Shown one piece after another: positions 18,882 through 31,909 of a DNA stretch of 64,000 bases. The DNA comes from Gemmatimonadota bacterium (GTDB lineage Bacteria; Gemmatimonadota; Gemmatimonadetes; Gemmatimonadales; GWC2-71-9), in assembly GCA_016704275.1 (NCBI GenBank), contig JADJAK010000003.1:42122-106121 (forward strand). Reading direction: 5' to 3'. The notes beneath the pieces were generated by a model. That model was not told where the DNA came from, did no database searches, and saw only the letters and a list, made by a program, of their open reading frames with translations. Position 1 is the stretch's first letter. Each line of letters opens with the position of its first letter. The translations under genes were made by a program, and so were the position numbers.

Positions 18882-19551
18882 GCTCTTTGTGGCGTTGGAT
18901 CTTCCGGACGCTCCCACGGCGGTGGCGCTCCTCGATCTCCTGCCGGATCGCTGTCCGGTCAAGGTGGGGTCGGTGCTGATGACGCGGGCGGGGAGCGGCT
19001 TCGTGCGCTCGCTGGTGGCGAACGGTCATCCCGTCTTCCTCGACCTCAAGTGGCACGACATCCCCAACACGGTGCGCGGCGCCGTCGAGGCCGCCCTGGA
19101 CCTCGGCGTCTCGATGGTCACCGTGCATGCGCTCGGCGGGCCGGCGATGATCGAGGCGGCCGCCAAGGCCGCTGGCGACCGGCTCAGGGTCGTCGCGGTG
19201 ACGGTCCTGACCTCGCACACCCCGGCGGAGTTCGCGGCCGTGACGGGGCGCTCGGGGGTTGTCGCGGGCGATGAGGCGGCCCGGCTGGCCACCATGGCGA
19301 TGGCGGCCGGGGCGGATGGCGTGGTCTGCTCGGCCGAGGAGCTGGCGGCCGTGGTGCCGGCGGTGCGGGGTGGCCGGGTGGTGGTCCCGGGGATCCGCCG
19401 GGCCGAGGACGCCGTGGGCGACCAGGCCCGGGTGGCGACCCCTGAGGCCGCGCTGGCCGGGGGGGCGACCGACCTGGTGGTGGGGCGCCCGATCACCTCG
19501 GCGGCGGACCCGGCGGCCGCGTATCTTGCCTTTCGACAAGTGTTTGCGTGA
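18874..19551 (+). CDS. pyrF: Orotidine 5'-phosphate decarboxylase
   Basis: GTG 18874 overlaps the pyrD end by 8 nt. Motifs: LFVALDL, FLDLKWHDIPNTV, VVGRPIT. Confidence 0.85.
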   Translation: MAELFVALDLPDAPTAVALLDLLPDRCPVKVGSVLMTRAGSGFVRSLVANGHPVFLDLKWHDIPNTVRGAVEAALDLGVSMVTVHALGGPAMIEAAAKAAGDRLRVVAVTVLTSHTPAEFAAVTGRSGVVAGDEAARLATMAMAAGADGVVCSAEELAAVVPAVRGGRVVVPGIRRAEDAVGDQARVATPEAALAGGATDLVVGRPITSAADPAAAYLAFRQVFA

Positions 19552-19566
19552 AAATGGTGCACGGGG

Positions 19567-19595
19567 TTGCGTGTCGCTGACCCCGCCGGTATCTT
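19567..19595 (+). promoter_or_regulatory. Candidate sigma-70 promoter for the rpmJ-rplQ operon (TTGCGT, 17-nt spacer, TATCTT)
   Basis: Read directly about 40 nt upstream of rpmJ. This is a motif match only. Confidence 0.3.
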
Positions 19596-19634
19596 GTCGT
19601 GCTGTCCCGCAACCCTAGGGTCCGGAGTTCAATC

Positions 19635-19751
19635 GTGAAGGTTCGTTCGAGCGTGAAGCCGATTTGCGAGAGCTGTCGGGTGGTGAAGCGTCGGGGCGTG
19701 ACGCGCATCATCTGCAAGCGCACCCCCAAGCACAAGCAGCGGCAGGGATAA
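19635..19751 (+). CDS. rpmJ: 50S ribosomal protein L36
   Basis: Not in the ORF track because it is under 60 aa. Translates to [38 protein letters not shown], then TAA. Confidence 0.9.
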   Translation: MKVRSSVKPICESCRVVKRRGVTRIICKRTPKHKQRQG

Positions 19752-19752
19752 C

Positions 19753-20133
19753 ATGGCGCGTATTGCTGGTGTAGACCTTCCGCGCGAGAAGCGCGTCGAA
19801 ATCGGTCTGACGTACATCTTCGGGATCGGCAAGGTGACGAGCAAGAAGCTCCTCGCCGAGACCGGGATCTCGCCTGACACCCGTGTGCGTGACCTGACGG
19901 AGGTCGAAGTCGGCCGTCTCCGGCAGATCATCGAACGGACCGTGAAGACCGAGGGCGCGCTGCGCACCGAGGTCGCGATGAACATCAAGCGGCTGATGGA
20001 CATCGGCAGTTACCGGGGCATCCGCCACCGGCGGGGGCTGCCGGTTCGCGGTCAGCGCACCCATACCAACGCCCGGACGAAGAAGGGCCCGCGTCGGGCC
20101 ATCGCCGGCAAGAAGAAGGCGACGAAGAAGTAA
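19753..20133 (+). CDS. rpsM: 30S ribosomal protein S13
   Basis: [26 protein letters not shown] ... [19 protein letters not shown]. Confidence 0.95.
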   Translation: MARIAGVDLPREKRVEIGLTYIFGIGKVTSKKLLAETGISPDTRVRDLTEVEVGRLRQIIERTVKTEGALRTEVAMNIKRLMDIGSYRGIRHRRGLPVRGQRTHTNARTKKGPRRAIAGKKKATKK

Positions 20134-20535
20134 ATGACCGCACCCACTACTGCACCTCGGTCGGGCGCCAAGCGCTCGAAGAAGATTGTCGAGTCGGAGG
20201 GGATGGTGCACATCTCCGCGACCTTCAACAACGTGTTGATCACCATCACGGACCTGCGCGGCAACACGATCGCGTGGGGCACCGCCGGCAAGGCGGGGTT
20301 CAAGGGCTCGAAGAAGTCCACCCCGTTCGCCGCCACGGTGGCCTCCGAGAACTGCGCCCGCGAGGCGCTGAATCTCGGGCTCCGCAAGGTGCACGTCCGC
20401 GTCCAGGGTCCCGGGAGCGGTCGCGAGTCGGCCATTCAGGCCCTCGCGTCGGTCGGTCTCAAGGTGGCGTCGATCCGCGACGTGACCCCGATTCCTCACA
20501 ATGGGTGCCGTCCCCCCAAGAAGCGGCGGGTCTGA
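20134..20535 (+). CDS. rpsK: 30S ribosomal protein S11
   Basis: [30 protein letters not shown] ... [20 protein letters not shown]. Confidence 0.95.
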   Translation: MTAPTTAPRSGAKRSKKIVESEGMVHISATFNNVLITITDLRGNTIAWGTAGKAGFKGSKKSTPFAATVASENCAREALNLGLRKVHVRVQGPGSGRESAIQALASVGLKVASIRDVTPIPHNGCRPPKKRRV

Positions 20536-20538
20536 GCC

Positions 20539-21174
20539 ATGGCACGATATACTGGACCGGCCTGCCGTCTGTGCCGTCGCGAAGGGACCAAGCTGTTCCT
20601 CAAGGGGACCCGCTGCCTCACCGAGAAGTGCGCCGTCGAGCGCCGGGCGTATCCGCCGGGCCAGCATGGCCAGAACGCCGGGCGTGGCCGCAAGACGTCC
20701 GAGTACGCCAAGCAGCTGCGTGAGAAGCAGAAGGTGAAGCGGATGTATGGGCTCACGGAGACCCAGTTCCGCACCATCTACACGCGCGCCTCGCACCTGC
20801 CGGGCGTCAAGGGCACCAACCTGCTGGTGGCGCTCGAGACTCGCCTGGACAACATCGTGTACCGGATGGGCTTCGCCTCGTCCCGTCGCGCGGCGCGTCA
20901 GCTCGTCCGGCACGGCCATGTGGAAGTGAACGGGCGCAAGCTCGACATCCCGAGCTACAAGGTGCTGCCCGGCCAGGAAGTCCGTGTCGCGCCGGCCGAT
21001 CGCGAGCTGCTCGCGGTCAAGGTGGCCCAGGATGCCGCGTCGCGTGGCGCCATGGTTTCCTGGCTCTCGGTGGATGCCGAGAAGGCCGCCGGCCGACTCC
21101 TCGAACTGCCCACCCGCGACGCCATTCCGGTGAACGCGACGGAGCAGTTGATCGTCGAGCTCTACTCGAAGTAA
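20539..21174 (+). CDS. rpsD: 30S ribosomal protein S4
   Basis: MARYTGPACRLCRREGTKLFLKGTRC ... YGLTETQFR ... RQLVRHGHVEVNG. Confidence 0.95.
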   Translation: MARYTGPACRLCRREGTKLFLKGTRCLTEKCAVERRAYPPGQHGQNAGRGRKTSEYAKQLREKQKVKRMYGLTETQFRTIYTRASHLPGVKGTNLLVALETRLDNIVYRMGFASSRRAARQLVRHGHVEVNGRKLDIPSYKVLPGQEVRVAPADRELLAVKVAQDAASRGAMVSWLSVDAEKAAGRLLELPTRDAIPVNATEQLIVELYSK

Positions 21175-21193
21175 GAAGGGGAACACGCGGCCG

Positions 21194-22258
21194 ATGAGCA
21201 TTGACCTGACTGGTTTGGTCCGCCCGCACGTCGTCGAGATGACGAAGCGCGAGGACAACCCGAACGTGGCGGAGTTCCGCCTCCAGCCGCTCGAGCGCGG
21301 CTTCGGGCACACGATCGGCAACTCGCTGCGGCGGCTCCTGCTGTCGTCGCTGCGGGGCAGCGCGGTCTGGGGCTTCCGCCTCGACGGCGTCGTGCACGAG
21401 CATCAGACGGTGCAGGGTGTCCTGGAAGACGTGCACCAGATCGTGCAGCGCCTCAAGGCGCTCACCCTGGTCCTCGATCCGTCCGTCGACGAGTCGATCC
21501 TGCGCATCGTCGCGCAGGGCCCCGGCCCGGTCTACGCCCGCGACATTCAGTCGACCGGCCACGCGACGATTCACCACCCGGACCAGCTGCTCTTCACGGT
21601 GCAGGAGGATCGCGAGATCTCCTGCGAGCTCTACGTGAACAAGGGCCGCGGCTACGTCGAGTCCGAGATGCACCCGAGCGATCGGTCGTTCCCGGTCGAC
21701 CTCGTCCGCATCGACGCGATCTACAACCCGGTCCGTCGTGCCAACTTCACCGTCGCGGAAACCCGCGTCGGGCAGCGCACCGACTACGACCGCTTGACCC
21801 TCTCGGTCGAGACCAACGGCACCATCTCCCCGGAAGACGCGCTGGCCTACGCCGCCGCCCTCGCCCAGGAGCATTTCCGCTACTTCGTCGAGTTCGGCAA
21901 GGTCCCGGTGCACGTGGCGCCGGCCTCCGACACCCCGGCCCCGGCCAGCTCGCCGGCGCCGACCGGTCTGGCCGCCTCGCTGGCGCGCTCGATCGATGAC
22001 CTCGGCCTCTCGGTCCGGTCGCTCAACTCGCTCAAGAATTCCTCGATCCGCACCCTCAAGGAGCTGGTCGAGCAGACGCCGAAGACCCTGGACGATGTGA
22101 AGAACATCGGCGACAAGGCGATCCACGAGATCGCCGAGATGTTGCAGAAGGAAGGGCTCAAGTTCGGCATGAAGTTCGACGAGGTCGACGGCGACCTCCG
22201 GATCACCGATCACGGTTCGCTCCCGGCCATTCCGGCCGCCAGCGGCGAGGAAGCGTAA
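21194..22258 (+). CDS. rpoA: DNA-directed RNA polymerase alpha subunit
   Basis: Motifs: LQPLERGFGHTIGNSLRRLLLSSL and the C-terminal domain LSVRSLNSLKNSSIRTLKELV. Confidence 0.95.
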   Translation: MSIDLTGLVRPHVVEMTKREDNPNVAEFRLQPLERGFGHTIGNSLRRLLLSSLRGSAVWGFRLDGVVHEHQTVQGVLEDVHQIVQRLKALTLVLDPSVDESILRIVAQGPGPVYARDIQSTGHATIHHPDQLLFTVQEDREISCELYVNKGRGYVESEMHPSDRSFPVDLVRIDAIYNPVRRANFTVAETRVGQRTDYDRLTLSVETNGTISPEDALAYAAALAQEHFRYFVEFGKVPVHVAPASDTPAPASSPAPTGLAASLARSIDDLGLSVRSLNSLKNSSIRTLKELVEQTPKTLDDVKNIGDKAIHEIAEMLQKEGLKFGMKFDEVDGDLRITDHGSLPAIPAASGEEA

Positions 22259-22261
22259 GCA

Positions 22262-22618
22262 ATGCGGCACAACACGAAGGGACGGGCGCTGTCGCGGTCG
22301 TCCAGCCACAAGCGGGCGATGATGCGCAACATGGCGGCCTCCCTCTTCGAACACGAGGGCATCACCACGACCGTTGCCAAGGCGAAGGAGATCCGGCCGT
22401 ACGCCGAGAAGCTCATCACCCTGGCGCGCCGTGGCGACCTCCACGCCATCCGGCAGGTCGAGCAGAAGATCCCGAACAAGACGCTGCTCACCAAGCTGTT
22501 CAAGGAAATCGGTCCGCGCTTCGCGGCGCGTCCGGGCGGTTACACCCGCATCCTCAAGCTCGGGCATCGCCCCGGCGACGGCGCCGAGATGGCGCGGATC
22601 GAGCTCGTCGGCGAGTGA
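22262..22618 (+). CDS. rplQ: 50S ribosomal protein L17
   Basis: [56 protein letters not shown]. Confidence 0.95.
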   Translation: MRHNTKGRALSRSSSHKRAMMRNMAASLFEHEGITTTVAKAKEIRPYAEKLITLARRGDLHAIRQVEQKIPNKTLLTKLFKEIGPRFAARPGGYTRILKLGHRPGDGAEMARIELVGE

Positions 22619-22650
22619 TGGCTCCGTGCCCTGCTCCGACGGTTGGACGA

Positions 22651-22677
22651 AAGGGGACCCTCGGGTCCCCTTTTTTT
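22651..22677 (+). terminator. Rho-independent terminator of the rpoA-rplQ operon
   Basis: AAGGGGACC-CTCG-GGTCCCCTT stem-loop followed by a T7 run, read directly. Confidence 0.8.
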
Positions 22678-22758
22678 CCGTCCGCGGCCGTCCAGGCAAG
22701 CCAAACGGGTGGCACCCGTGAAGGGCGCCACCCGTTGATCACTCCGGGAGCAGAACGG

Positions 22759-22968
22759 TCAGGCCGCGACAGCGACCTTGGTGGCCTTGGCCACCTTCCC
22801 GCTCTTCATGCACTTGGTGCAGACCTTCACCCGGCGGGGCGAGCCGTCCACCAGGACGCGGACCGTCTGGAGGTTCGGGTACCAGCGGCGCTTCCGCCGG
22901 TTGTTCGCATGGCTGACATGGTTGCCGGTAGTCGGCCCCTTGTCGCAGATGGTGCAGACGCGCGCCAT
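22759..22968 (-). CDS. rpmB: 50S ribosomal protein L28
   Basis: MARVCTICDKGPTTGNHVSHANNRRKRRWYPNLQTVRVLVDG. This is an internal ATG of the 103-aa ORF 22759..23070. Confidence 0.9.
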   Translation of the reverse strand: MARVCTICDKGPTTGNHVSHANNRRKRRWYPNLQTVRVLVDGSPRRVKVCTKCMKSGKVAKATKVAVAA

Positions 22969-23012
22969 GATATCCTCGTTTGCGGCGGTCCAGAAAGACG
23001 GAACTCCAATAG

Positions 23013-24947
<1,935 letters not shown>

Positions 24948-24964
<17 letters not shown>

Positions 24965-27900
24965 TATCTCCTCGATTCTCCTCCTTGGCTCCGGCCCGAT
25001 CGTCATCGGGCAGGGCGCCGAGTTCGACTACTCCGGCACCCAGGCGGTGCGCGCGCTGAAGGAAGAGGGCTACCGGGTCATCCTGGTGAACTCGAATCCG
25101 GCGACCATCATGACGGACCCGGAACTCGCCGACGCGACCTACATCGAGCCGGTGACCCCCGAGTGGGTAGCGAAGGTGATCGAGCGCGAACGCCCCGATG
25201 CGCTGCTGCCGACGATGGGCGGGCAGACCGCACTCAACGTCGCGATGGCGCTGGTGAAGGACGGCACCCTCGAGAAGTACGGCGTCGAGTTGATCGGCGC
25301 CAACGAGCGCGCCATCCGCGTGGCCGAGGACCGCTCGGAGTTCGCCGACGCCATGGTGCGGATCGGCCTCGCCACGCCGCGCGGCAGCGTCGTGCGCACG
25401 CTGGAGGAAGGCCTCGCCGCGGTCGAGCAGACCGGCTACCCGGCCATCCTGCGGCCCTCGTTCACGCTCGGCGGCACCGGCGGCGGCATCGCGTACAATC
25501 GCGACGAGTTCGTCACCATGCTCGCGCGTGGTCTGGAACTCTCGCCGGTCACTTCGGTGCTGGTCGAGCGCAGCATCATCGGCTGGAAGGAGTACGAGCT
25601 CGAGGTGATGCGCGACGGCGCCGACAACGTGGTGATCGTCTGCTCGATCGAGAATCTCGATCCGATGGGCGTCCACACGGGCGACTCGATCACCTGCGCG
25701 CCGGCGATGACGCTGACGGACCGCGAGTATCAGGCGATGCGCGATGCCTCGATCAAGATCATCCGCGAGGTCGGCGTCGCCGCCGGCGGCTGCAACATCC
25801 AGTTCGCGGTGAACCCCGCCGACGGTGAGCAGCTGGTGATCGAGATGAATCCGCGCGTCTCGCGCTCCTCGGCGCTCGCCTCCAAGGCGACCGGCTTCCC
25901 GATCGCCCGCATCGGCGCCAAGGTCGCCGTCGGGTACACGCTCGACGAGTTGCCGAACGACATCACCAAGGTCACGCCGGCCTCGTTCGAGCCGGTGCTC
26001 GACTACGTCGTCGTCAAGATCCCGCGCTTCGCCTTCGAGAAGTTCCCGGCCGCCGAGCCGACCCTCACCACGCAGATGAAGTCGGTCGGCGAGGCGATGG
26101 CGATCGGTCGCACCTTCAAGGAAGCGCTGCAGAAGGGATTCCGTGGCCTCGAGACGGGGCGCGCCGGCTGGGTCATCGGCGCCGGTCCGGTCGACGACCG
26201 CCTCGACGCGATCGATCGCGAGACGCTGCTCGCCGCGATCCGCCGGCCGACGCCCGAGCGCCTCTTCCAGGTGAAGCGCGCGCTGATCGCGAAGGTCTCG
26301 GTCGAGGATCTCCATGAGGCCTCGGGGATCGACCCGTGGTTCCTGCATCAGCTCGCCGAGCTGGTTGCGATGGAAGACGAGTGGATCGCGCATCCGTACG
26401 GCGCCAACGACGAAGCCGACCGCGCCATCATCCTCCGGATGAAGCGGTCCGGCTTCTCCGACTGGCAGCTCGCCGACCTCAAGTCGCTGGTCGAAGCCGA
26501 CATCCGCACCACGCGGCATCGCCTCGGCCTCCGTCCGGTCTACAAGACGGTGGACACCTGCGCCGGCGAATTCCCGTCGAGCACGCCGTATCTCTACTCC
26601 TGCTGGGACGAGGAGAACGAGGGCGGGCCGCGCCCGGAGGAAACCCGGAAGACGGTGATCATCCTCGGTTCGGGGCCGAATCGCATCGGCCAGGGCGTCG
26701 AGTTCGACTACTGCTGCGTCCGGGCGACGCTGGCCTTCCGCGAGCTCGGCTATCGCACGGTGATGGTGAACTCGAATCCTGAGACCGTCTCCACCGACTT
26801 CGACATCTCCGACGCCCTCTACTTCGAGCCGCTGACGCTCGAGGATGTGCTGGAGATCGTCCACCTCGAGAAGCCGCTCGGCGTGGTCGTGCAGCTCGGC
26901 GGCCAGACGCCGCTCAAGCTCGCCAAGGGGCTCGAGGCGGCGGGCGTGCCGATCCTCGGCACCTCCCCCGACGCGATCGATGCCGCCGAGGACCGCCAGC
27001 GCTTCGAGGCGCTGGTGAACTCGCTCGGCGTCCGCCAGCCGCCTGCCGGCACGGCCCGCACGATCGAGACCGCGCTCGAAGTCGCCGAGCGGATCGGCTA
27101 TCCCGTTCTGGTGCGGCCGAGCTACGTGCTCGGTGGCCGCGCGATGCGGATCATCTACGACGCGCCGGAACTCCGCGGCTTCTTCGACGAGGCGGCGGCG
27201 GTCGCCCCCGGCCACCCGGTGCTGATCGACTCCTTCCTCGAGGACGCCTTCGAGGCCGACGTCGACGCCATCTGTGACGGCGAGTCGGTGATCATCGGCG
27301 GCGTGATGCAGCACATCGAGGAAGCGGGGATTCACTCGGGCGACTCGGCCTGCGTGATGCCGCCGTACCTGATCACCGAGGACCAGGTCGAACAGATGCG
27401 CGCCCACACCCGGGCGTTCGCGCTCGCGCTCGGCGTCGTCGGGCTGATCAACGTGCAGTACGCCGTGAAGAACGGCGTGGTCTACGTGATCGAGGTCAAT
27501 CCGCGCGCCTCGCGCACCATTCCGTTCGTCTCGAAGACCACCGGTGTCCCGCTGGCGTCGCTTGCGGCGGCGGTGATGATCGGAAAGAAGCTGGTCGACC
27601 TCGGCCTCCGCGACGATCCGCTGCAGCCGTACGTCGCCGTGAAGGAAGCGGTGTTCCCGTTCACCAAGTTCGCCGGCGTCGATGTCCGCCTCGGCCCCGA
27701 GATGAAGTCGACCGGCGAGGTCATGGGCATCGCCGACTCGTTCGGGATGGCGTTCGCCAAGGCGCAGGCATCTGCCGACGGCGCGCTCCCGCTCAGCGGC
27801 ACCGTCTTCGTGACGGTGAACGACCACGACAAGGGGTCGGTCGTGCCGATCGCCCGGCGCTTCCACGAGCTCGGCTTCCGCATCCTCGCGACGACCGGCA

Positions 27901-28214
27901 CGGCGACGTATCTCCGGGCGCGCGGCATCCCGGCGGAACGCGTGCTCAAGGTCTACGAGGGGCGGCCGAACGCCATCGACTTGATGGTCTCGGGTGAGAT
28001 CCAGCTGCTGGTCAACACGCCGCTTGGCAAGCTGACGCAGATGGACGACCACTCGATGCGGCGCGCGGCACTGCAGCAGCACGTGCCGTACACCACGACG
28101 CTCTCGGCCGCCTCGGCGGCAGTCGACGCGATCATCGCGATGAAGAGCCGTCCGCTCGAGGTGCGCTCGCTGCAGGAGTGGCATCAGTTGGCTCGCGAGG
28201 CGACACCGGCGTGA
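24948..28214 (+). CDS. carB: Carbamoyl-phosphate synthase large subunit
   Basis: ATG 24948 ([33 protein letters not shown]). Two ATP-grasp halves and an MGS-like C-terminal domain. No carA is adjacent. Confidence 0.95.
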
Positions 28215-29170
28215 CCACCGCGCGCGACCCAGGCTTCGCCGCCGCGTTGCGCGCACGCGTCCAGGGTGACCTGCGCGAGGGCGAGCCGCTCTCGCGCTGG
28301 TCCACCTATCGTATCGGTGGCCCGGCCACCGTGCTCATGCCGGCCAATGCGGAAGACGTTGCGATCGCCGTGCGGATGGCGGCTGAGGCAGGCGTGCCCT
28401 GGTTCGCCCTCGGACTCGGCTCCAACCTCCTCTTTCCCGACGCCGGCCTCGATGCGCTGGTGATTCGCATGGGGAAGGGGCTCGATGCGCTCCGTCAGGA
28501 GGGCGATCGCTGGACCCTGGGAGCCGGGCTGCCGGCGCCACTCGCCGCCAAGCGGACCGCAGCGGCGGGGTGGGCCGGCATCCACAAGATGGTGGGCGTG
28601 CCAGGGAGTGTCGGCGGGGGGATCGTGATGAACGCCGGCTGCCACGGGGCCGAGTGGCGCGACACCGTGGTCTCGGTCCTGGTCATGGACGCCGATGGGC
28701 AGGACCGCGTTGTCTCGGCGGCGGAGGCCGGCTTCTCCTATCGGCGCAGCCAGCTTGGACACGTCGTCGTGCTCGAGACGACGTGCGCGCTTGTTGCCGC
28801 GGACCCGACCCACCTCGAGGCCGAGACGGAAGAGCTGTACAAGTGGCGCCGCGACGGCACCCCGTTCAACCAGCCCTGCTGCGGCTCGGTCTTCCAGAAT
28901 CCGGTACTGCCAGCCGTGTGGGCCGAGGGCAACCCGCGCACCAGCGGGCAGTGCATCGACGCGACGGGCCTCAAGGGACTCCGCGTCGGCGGCGTCGAGG
29001 TCTCGCCGATGCACGCCAACTACTTCGTCAATACCGGTGAAGGCACCGCCGCCGACGTGATCGCATTGATGGGTGAGGTGCGGGCGCGGGTGCAGGCTCG
29101 GTGGGGAGTGGAGTTGGTGCCGGAGGTGAAGCTGATTGGGGTCGATGGGAGTGTTGTGGGGCTGTCGTAG
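28211..29170 (+). CDS. murB: UDP-N-acetylenolpyruvoylglucosamine reductase
   Basis: GTG 28211 sits in a GTGA overlap. Motifs: [29 protein letters not shown]. The stop TAG 29168-29170 lies in repeat C. Confidence 0.9.
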   Translation: MTTARDPGFAAALRARVQGDLREGEPLSRWSTYRIGGPATVLMPANAEDVAIAVRMAAEAGVPWFALGLGSNLLFPDAGLDALVIRMGKGLDALRQEGDRWTLGAGLPAPLAAKRTAAAGWAGIHKMVGVPGSVGGGIVMNAGCHGAEWRDTVVSVLVMDADGQDRVVSAAEAGFSYRRSQLGHVVVLETTCALVAADPTHLEAETEELYKWRRDGTPFNQPCCGSVFQNPVLPAVWAEGNPRTSGQCIDATGLKGLRVGGVEVSPMHANYFVNTGEGTAADVIALMGEVRARVQARWGVELVPEVKLIGVDGSVVGLS

Positions 29171-29309
29171 GTCGTAGGTCGTAAGTCGTAGGTCGTAGGT
29201 CCTCCAAGGCTGTCATCCCGAGCGCAGCGAGGGACCTGCGTTCCGGCGGGTACGCAGATCCCTCACGTTGCTCGGGATGACTTACGACTTACGACCTACG
29301 ACTTACGAC
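29165..29309. repeat. Heptamer-zipper hairpin C with core: 5 x TCGTA(G/A)G, a 71-nt palindromic core (TGTCATCCCGAGCG...CTCGGGATGAC), 4 x (C/T)TACGAC
   Basis: Read directly. The core is 29211-29281. The element contains the stop codons of murB (plus strand) and the kinase gene (minus strand, 29303-29305). Confidence 0.9.
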
Positions 29310-31909
29310 TTCTTTGCCACCGTATCCGCCCTGATCCGCTCCGCCTCGCCCTTCCTCCCCAGCGCCTCATACTCCGCCGCCAGATCCGTTCGCGCTGCCT
29401 TCAGGTAGGACACCGACGGCTCCGCTTGCGTGACCAGGATGTCGAACCCCGCCTTCGTTTCGTCCAGCGCTTCCTGGTATCGCGTCTGCCGCAGCAACGA
29501 GCGCCCGAGCTTGAGCCGGGCGATCGCAGTGTTGACGTGGGTGGCGCCCTGCGATGCGGTGAAGATCCGCTTCGCCTCGCGGAACTGCGCTTCGGCGGCA
29601 CGATAGTCTTCGCGGCCATTGGCGACGGCGCCAAGGTTCGAGATGGCGATGCCGGTGCGCCAGTCGTCGGGCCCGTGCACCTGCTGGTAGATCGCACGGA
29701 CCCGTCGGTACGACGCCTCGGCCTCATCGAACTGTTTGGCGGCCAGGTCGAGCGACGCCAGTTCGTTGAGGGCCGATGCCACGCGCGGGTGATTCGGACC
29801 CGCCGTGCGCAGCTGGATCGCGAGCGCTTCGCTCAGCAGCGCGCGTGCTTCGTCGGGACGCTCGAGCCGGCTGACCGCGCGCCCGACCTGCGTGATCGCC
29901 GAAGCCGTCGTGGGATTGTCGGTACCGTACCAGGCGCGGATGATGTCCAATGCCTGGCGTTGCTCCTGCTCGGAGAGCGCGTAGTCGCCGCGCTGGAAGG
30001 CGCTGGCGCCAAGGTTGGTGTGGATCTCTGCCACCGAGGGATGGCGTGGCCCACGGGTGGCGAGCAGCAAGGGGAGCGCCTCACGATGCAGCGAGTCGGC
30101 GCGCGCGTACTCGCCGGCGTAGAAATAGGTGGCGGCGAGGTGCACCATCGCGGTGGCGCGGAGCAGCGGGTCGGCGGTCCGACGAGCCACGAGCACCGAG
30201 TCCTGGATCGCTCGGGCCGCGGGGTACTCGCCACGTTCCTGCAGCACCGCGCCGAGCGCCGCCATCGCCTCGACAATCGCGGGGTCATCGGCGGGGTAGG
30301 TCGTGCGCGCCATCGCCAGGCCTGCGCGCACCAGCGACTCCGCGGGCGCCAGTTGTGCCTGATCGACGCGGAGGAGGCCGAGCGCCACCAATCCCGCGGC
30401 GACGTCGCGATGGATCGGGCCGTGCAAGGCGCGTTGCCGAGCCAGGGAGCGGGTGAGCAACGAGTCGGCGCGGTCGTAGTCACCGAGATGCTGGTGGATC
30501 GTGCCCAGCGTCGCGTACAGCTCGGCCTGGCCCTCGGGGTCCCGATCGAGCACCGCGGCTTCCTGTTCGCCGCGCTCGAGCAAGCTGCGCACCGAGAGCG
30601 AGTCTGCCGGGCCGGCGTCGTCACTGCCGCCAGAGAAGAGCCCCATCGTGAAGCGCTGAATCCGCTCGGCTCGGCGCGCCTCGAGTTGCGCCGCGTCGCG
30701 GGCGTCCGCGAGGCGCATCGTGTAGTAGGTCACCATGCCGATCGCCGCGATGGCCACGGCCGTGGCGGCCGAGACCTCGCGCCACCGGCGCCGGAGCAAC
30801 TTGCCGGTGCGATACCGCCAGCGCGCCGGATGGGCCTCGAGTGGTTCGCCTGCGAGGAAATGGTCAATGTCCCGCGCGAACGCCTCGACCGTGCCATAGC
30901 GCAGCATCGGGTCGCGCTGGATCGCGGTGAGCGTGAGGATGTCGAGGTCGCGCCAGGTGGCGTCGTTCCCGGTCCGGCGGCCATGCCGTGCGGCGGCAAG
31001 GGAGGGTCGAACCGGGGGCTCGGTCAGGCGACGCGCAATGGTATCGGCGCCCCCGAACGGGCGCTGCCCGGCAAGCAACTCGTAGAGGATCACCCCGAGG
31101 GCATGGACGTCAGTCTGCGCGCTGACAATCCCTTCGGCGATCTGTTCCGGCGCGGCGTAGGCGGGAGTGAGTAGGCCGGCACCGGTCTGCGTCTGCACCG
31201 GGTCCTCGGTGTCCTCGAGTTGCTTGGCGATGCCGAAATCGAGAAGGGCCACGCGCCCATCAGCGCCCACGAGAATGTTGGACGGCTTCAGGTCGCGGTG
31301 GATGACGGCCCGCGCGTGGGCATACTGCACCGCCTCGCACGCGGCCCGCAACAGCTGGAGCCGCTCCGTGATCGACAGCTGGCGGCGCTCGCAGTAATCC
31401 GTCAGATGCTCGCCCTCGACATACTCCATCACGAACCACGGTGTCCCATCCTCGAGCGCGCCGGCGTCGTGCAACTGCGCGATGCCCGGGTGCACCAGGC
31501 GCGCCAACGTCCGCTGCTCCCGTCGAAAGCGCGCTCGGCGCGCTGGTGAGAGCCAGGCATCGCGGAGGATCTTCAGCGCAGCCTCGGTGCCGAGGTCATC
31601 GCGGGTGACGAGATAGACGATCCCCATCCCACCCTCGCCGAGCTGGCGCACGATGCGGTATGGCCCGAAGGAGCCGCCGGCAGGAGTGGTGGGCGCCGCC
31701 AGCAGATCGGCTGCCATCGCGCCGATGCCGACGCCGAGCAGGTCGCCTTCGGCCGCATCGGCGACGAGCATCGCACGCACCCGGGTCGCAACCTCCGGGT
31801 CGTCGCCGGCCCAGGTGTGGAGCATTGCCTCGCGTTGGTCGGCGGGTAGCTCGAGGGCCCGGTGGAAGAGGGCCATGGCGCGTGCATGGCGTGCCGCCGG
31901 TGAGGTCAT
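29303..31909 (-). CDS. Serine/threonine protein kinase with C-terminal TPR repeats (ECF-sigma-associated type)
   Basis: ATG 31909 sits in an ATGA overlap with the sigma-gene stop. The kinase domain has GEGGMGIVY, HRDLKPSNIL and DFGIAK. One TM helix (VSAATAVAIAAIGMVTYY) is followed by about 500 aa of TPR. The 1185-aa ORF-track version is an upstream shadow extension. Confidence 0.85.
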   Translation of the reverse strand: MTSPAARHARAMALFHRALELPADQREAMLHTWAGDDPEVATRVRAMLVADAAEGDLLGVGIGAMAADLLAAPTTPAGGSFGPYRIVRQLGEGGMGIVYLVTRDDLGTEAALKILRDAWLSPARRARFRREQRTLARLVHPGIAQLHDAGALEDGTPWFVMEYVEGEHLTDYCERRQLSITERLQLLRAACEAVQYAHARAVIHRDLKPSNILVGADGRVALLDFGIAKQLEDTEDPVQTQTGAGLLTPAYAAPEQIAEGIVSAQTDVHALGVILYELLAGQRPFGGADTIARRLTEPPVRPSLAAARHGRRTGNDATWRDLDILTLTAIQRDPMLRYGTVEAFARDIDHFLAGEPLEAHPARWRYRTGKLLRRRWREVSAATAVAIAAIGMVTYYTMRLADARDAAQLEARRAERIQRFTMGLFSGGSDDAGPADSLSVRSLLERGEQEAAVLDRDPEGQAELYATLGTIHQHLGDYDRADSLLTRSLARQRALHGPIHRDVAAGLVALGLLRVDQAQLAPAESLVRAGLAMARTTYPADDPAIVEAMAALGAVLQERGEYPAARAIQDSVLVARRTADPLLRATAMVHLAATYFYAGEYARADSLHREALPLLLATRGPRHPSVAEIHTNLGASAFQRGDYALSEQEQRQALDIIRAWYGTDNPTTASAITQVGRAVSRLERPDEARALLSEALAIQLRTAGPNHPRVASALNELASLDLAAKQFDEAEASYRRVRAIYQQVHGPDDWRTGIAISNLGAVANGREDYRAAEAQFREAKRIFTASQGATHVNTAIARLKLGRSLLRQTRYQEALDETKAGFDILVTQAEPSVSYLKAARTDLAAEYEALGRKGEAERIRADTVAKKS

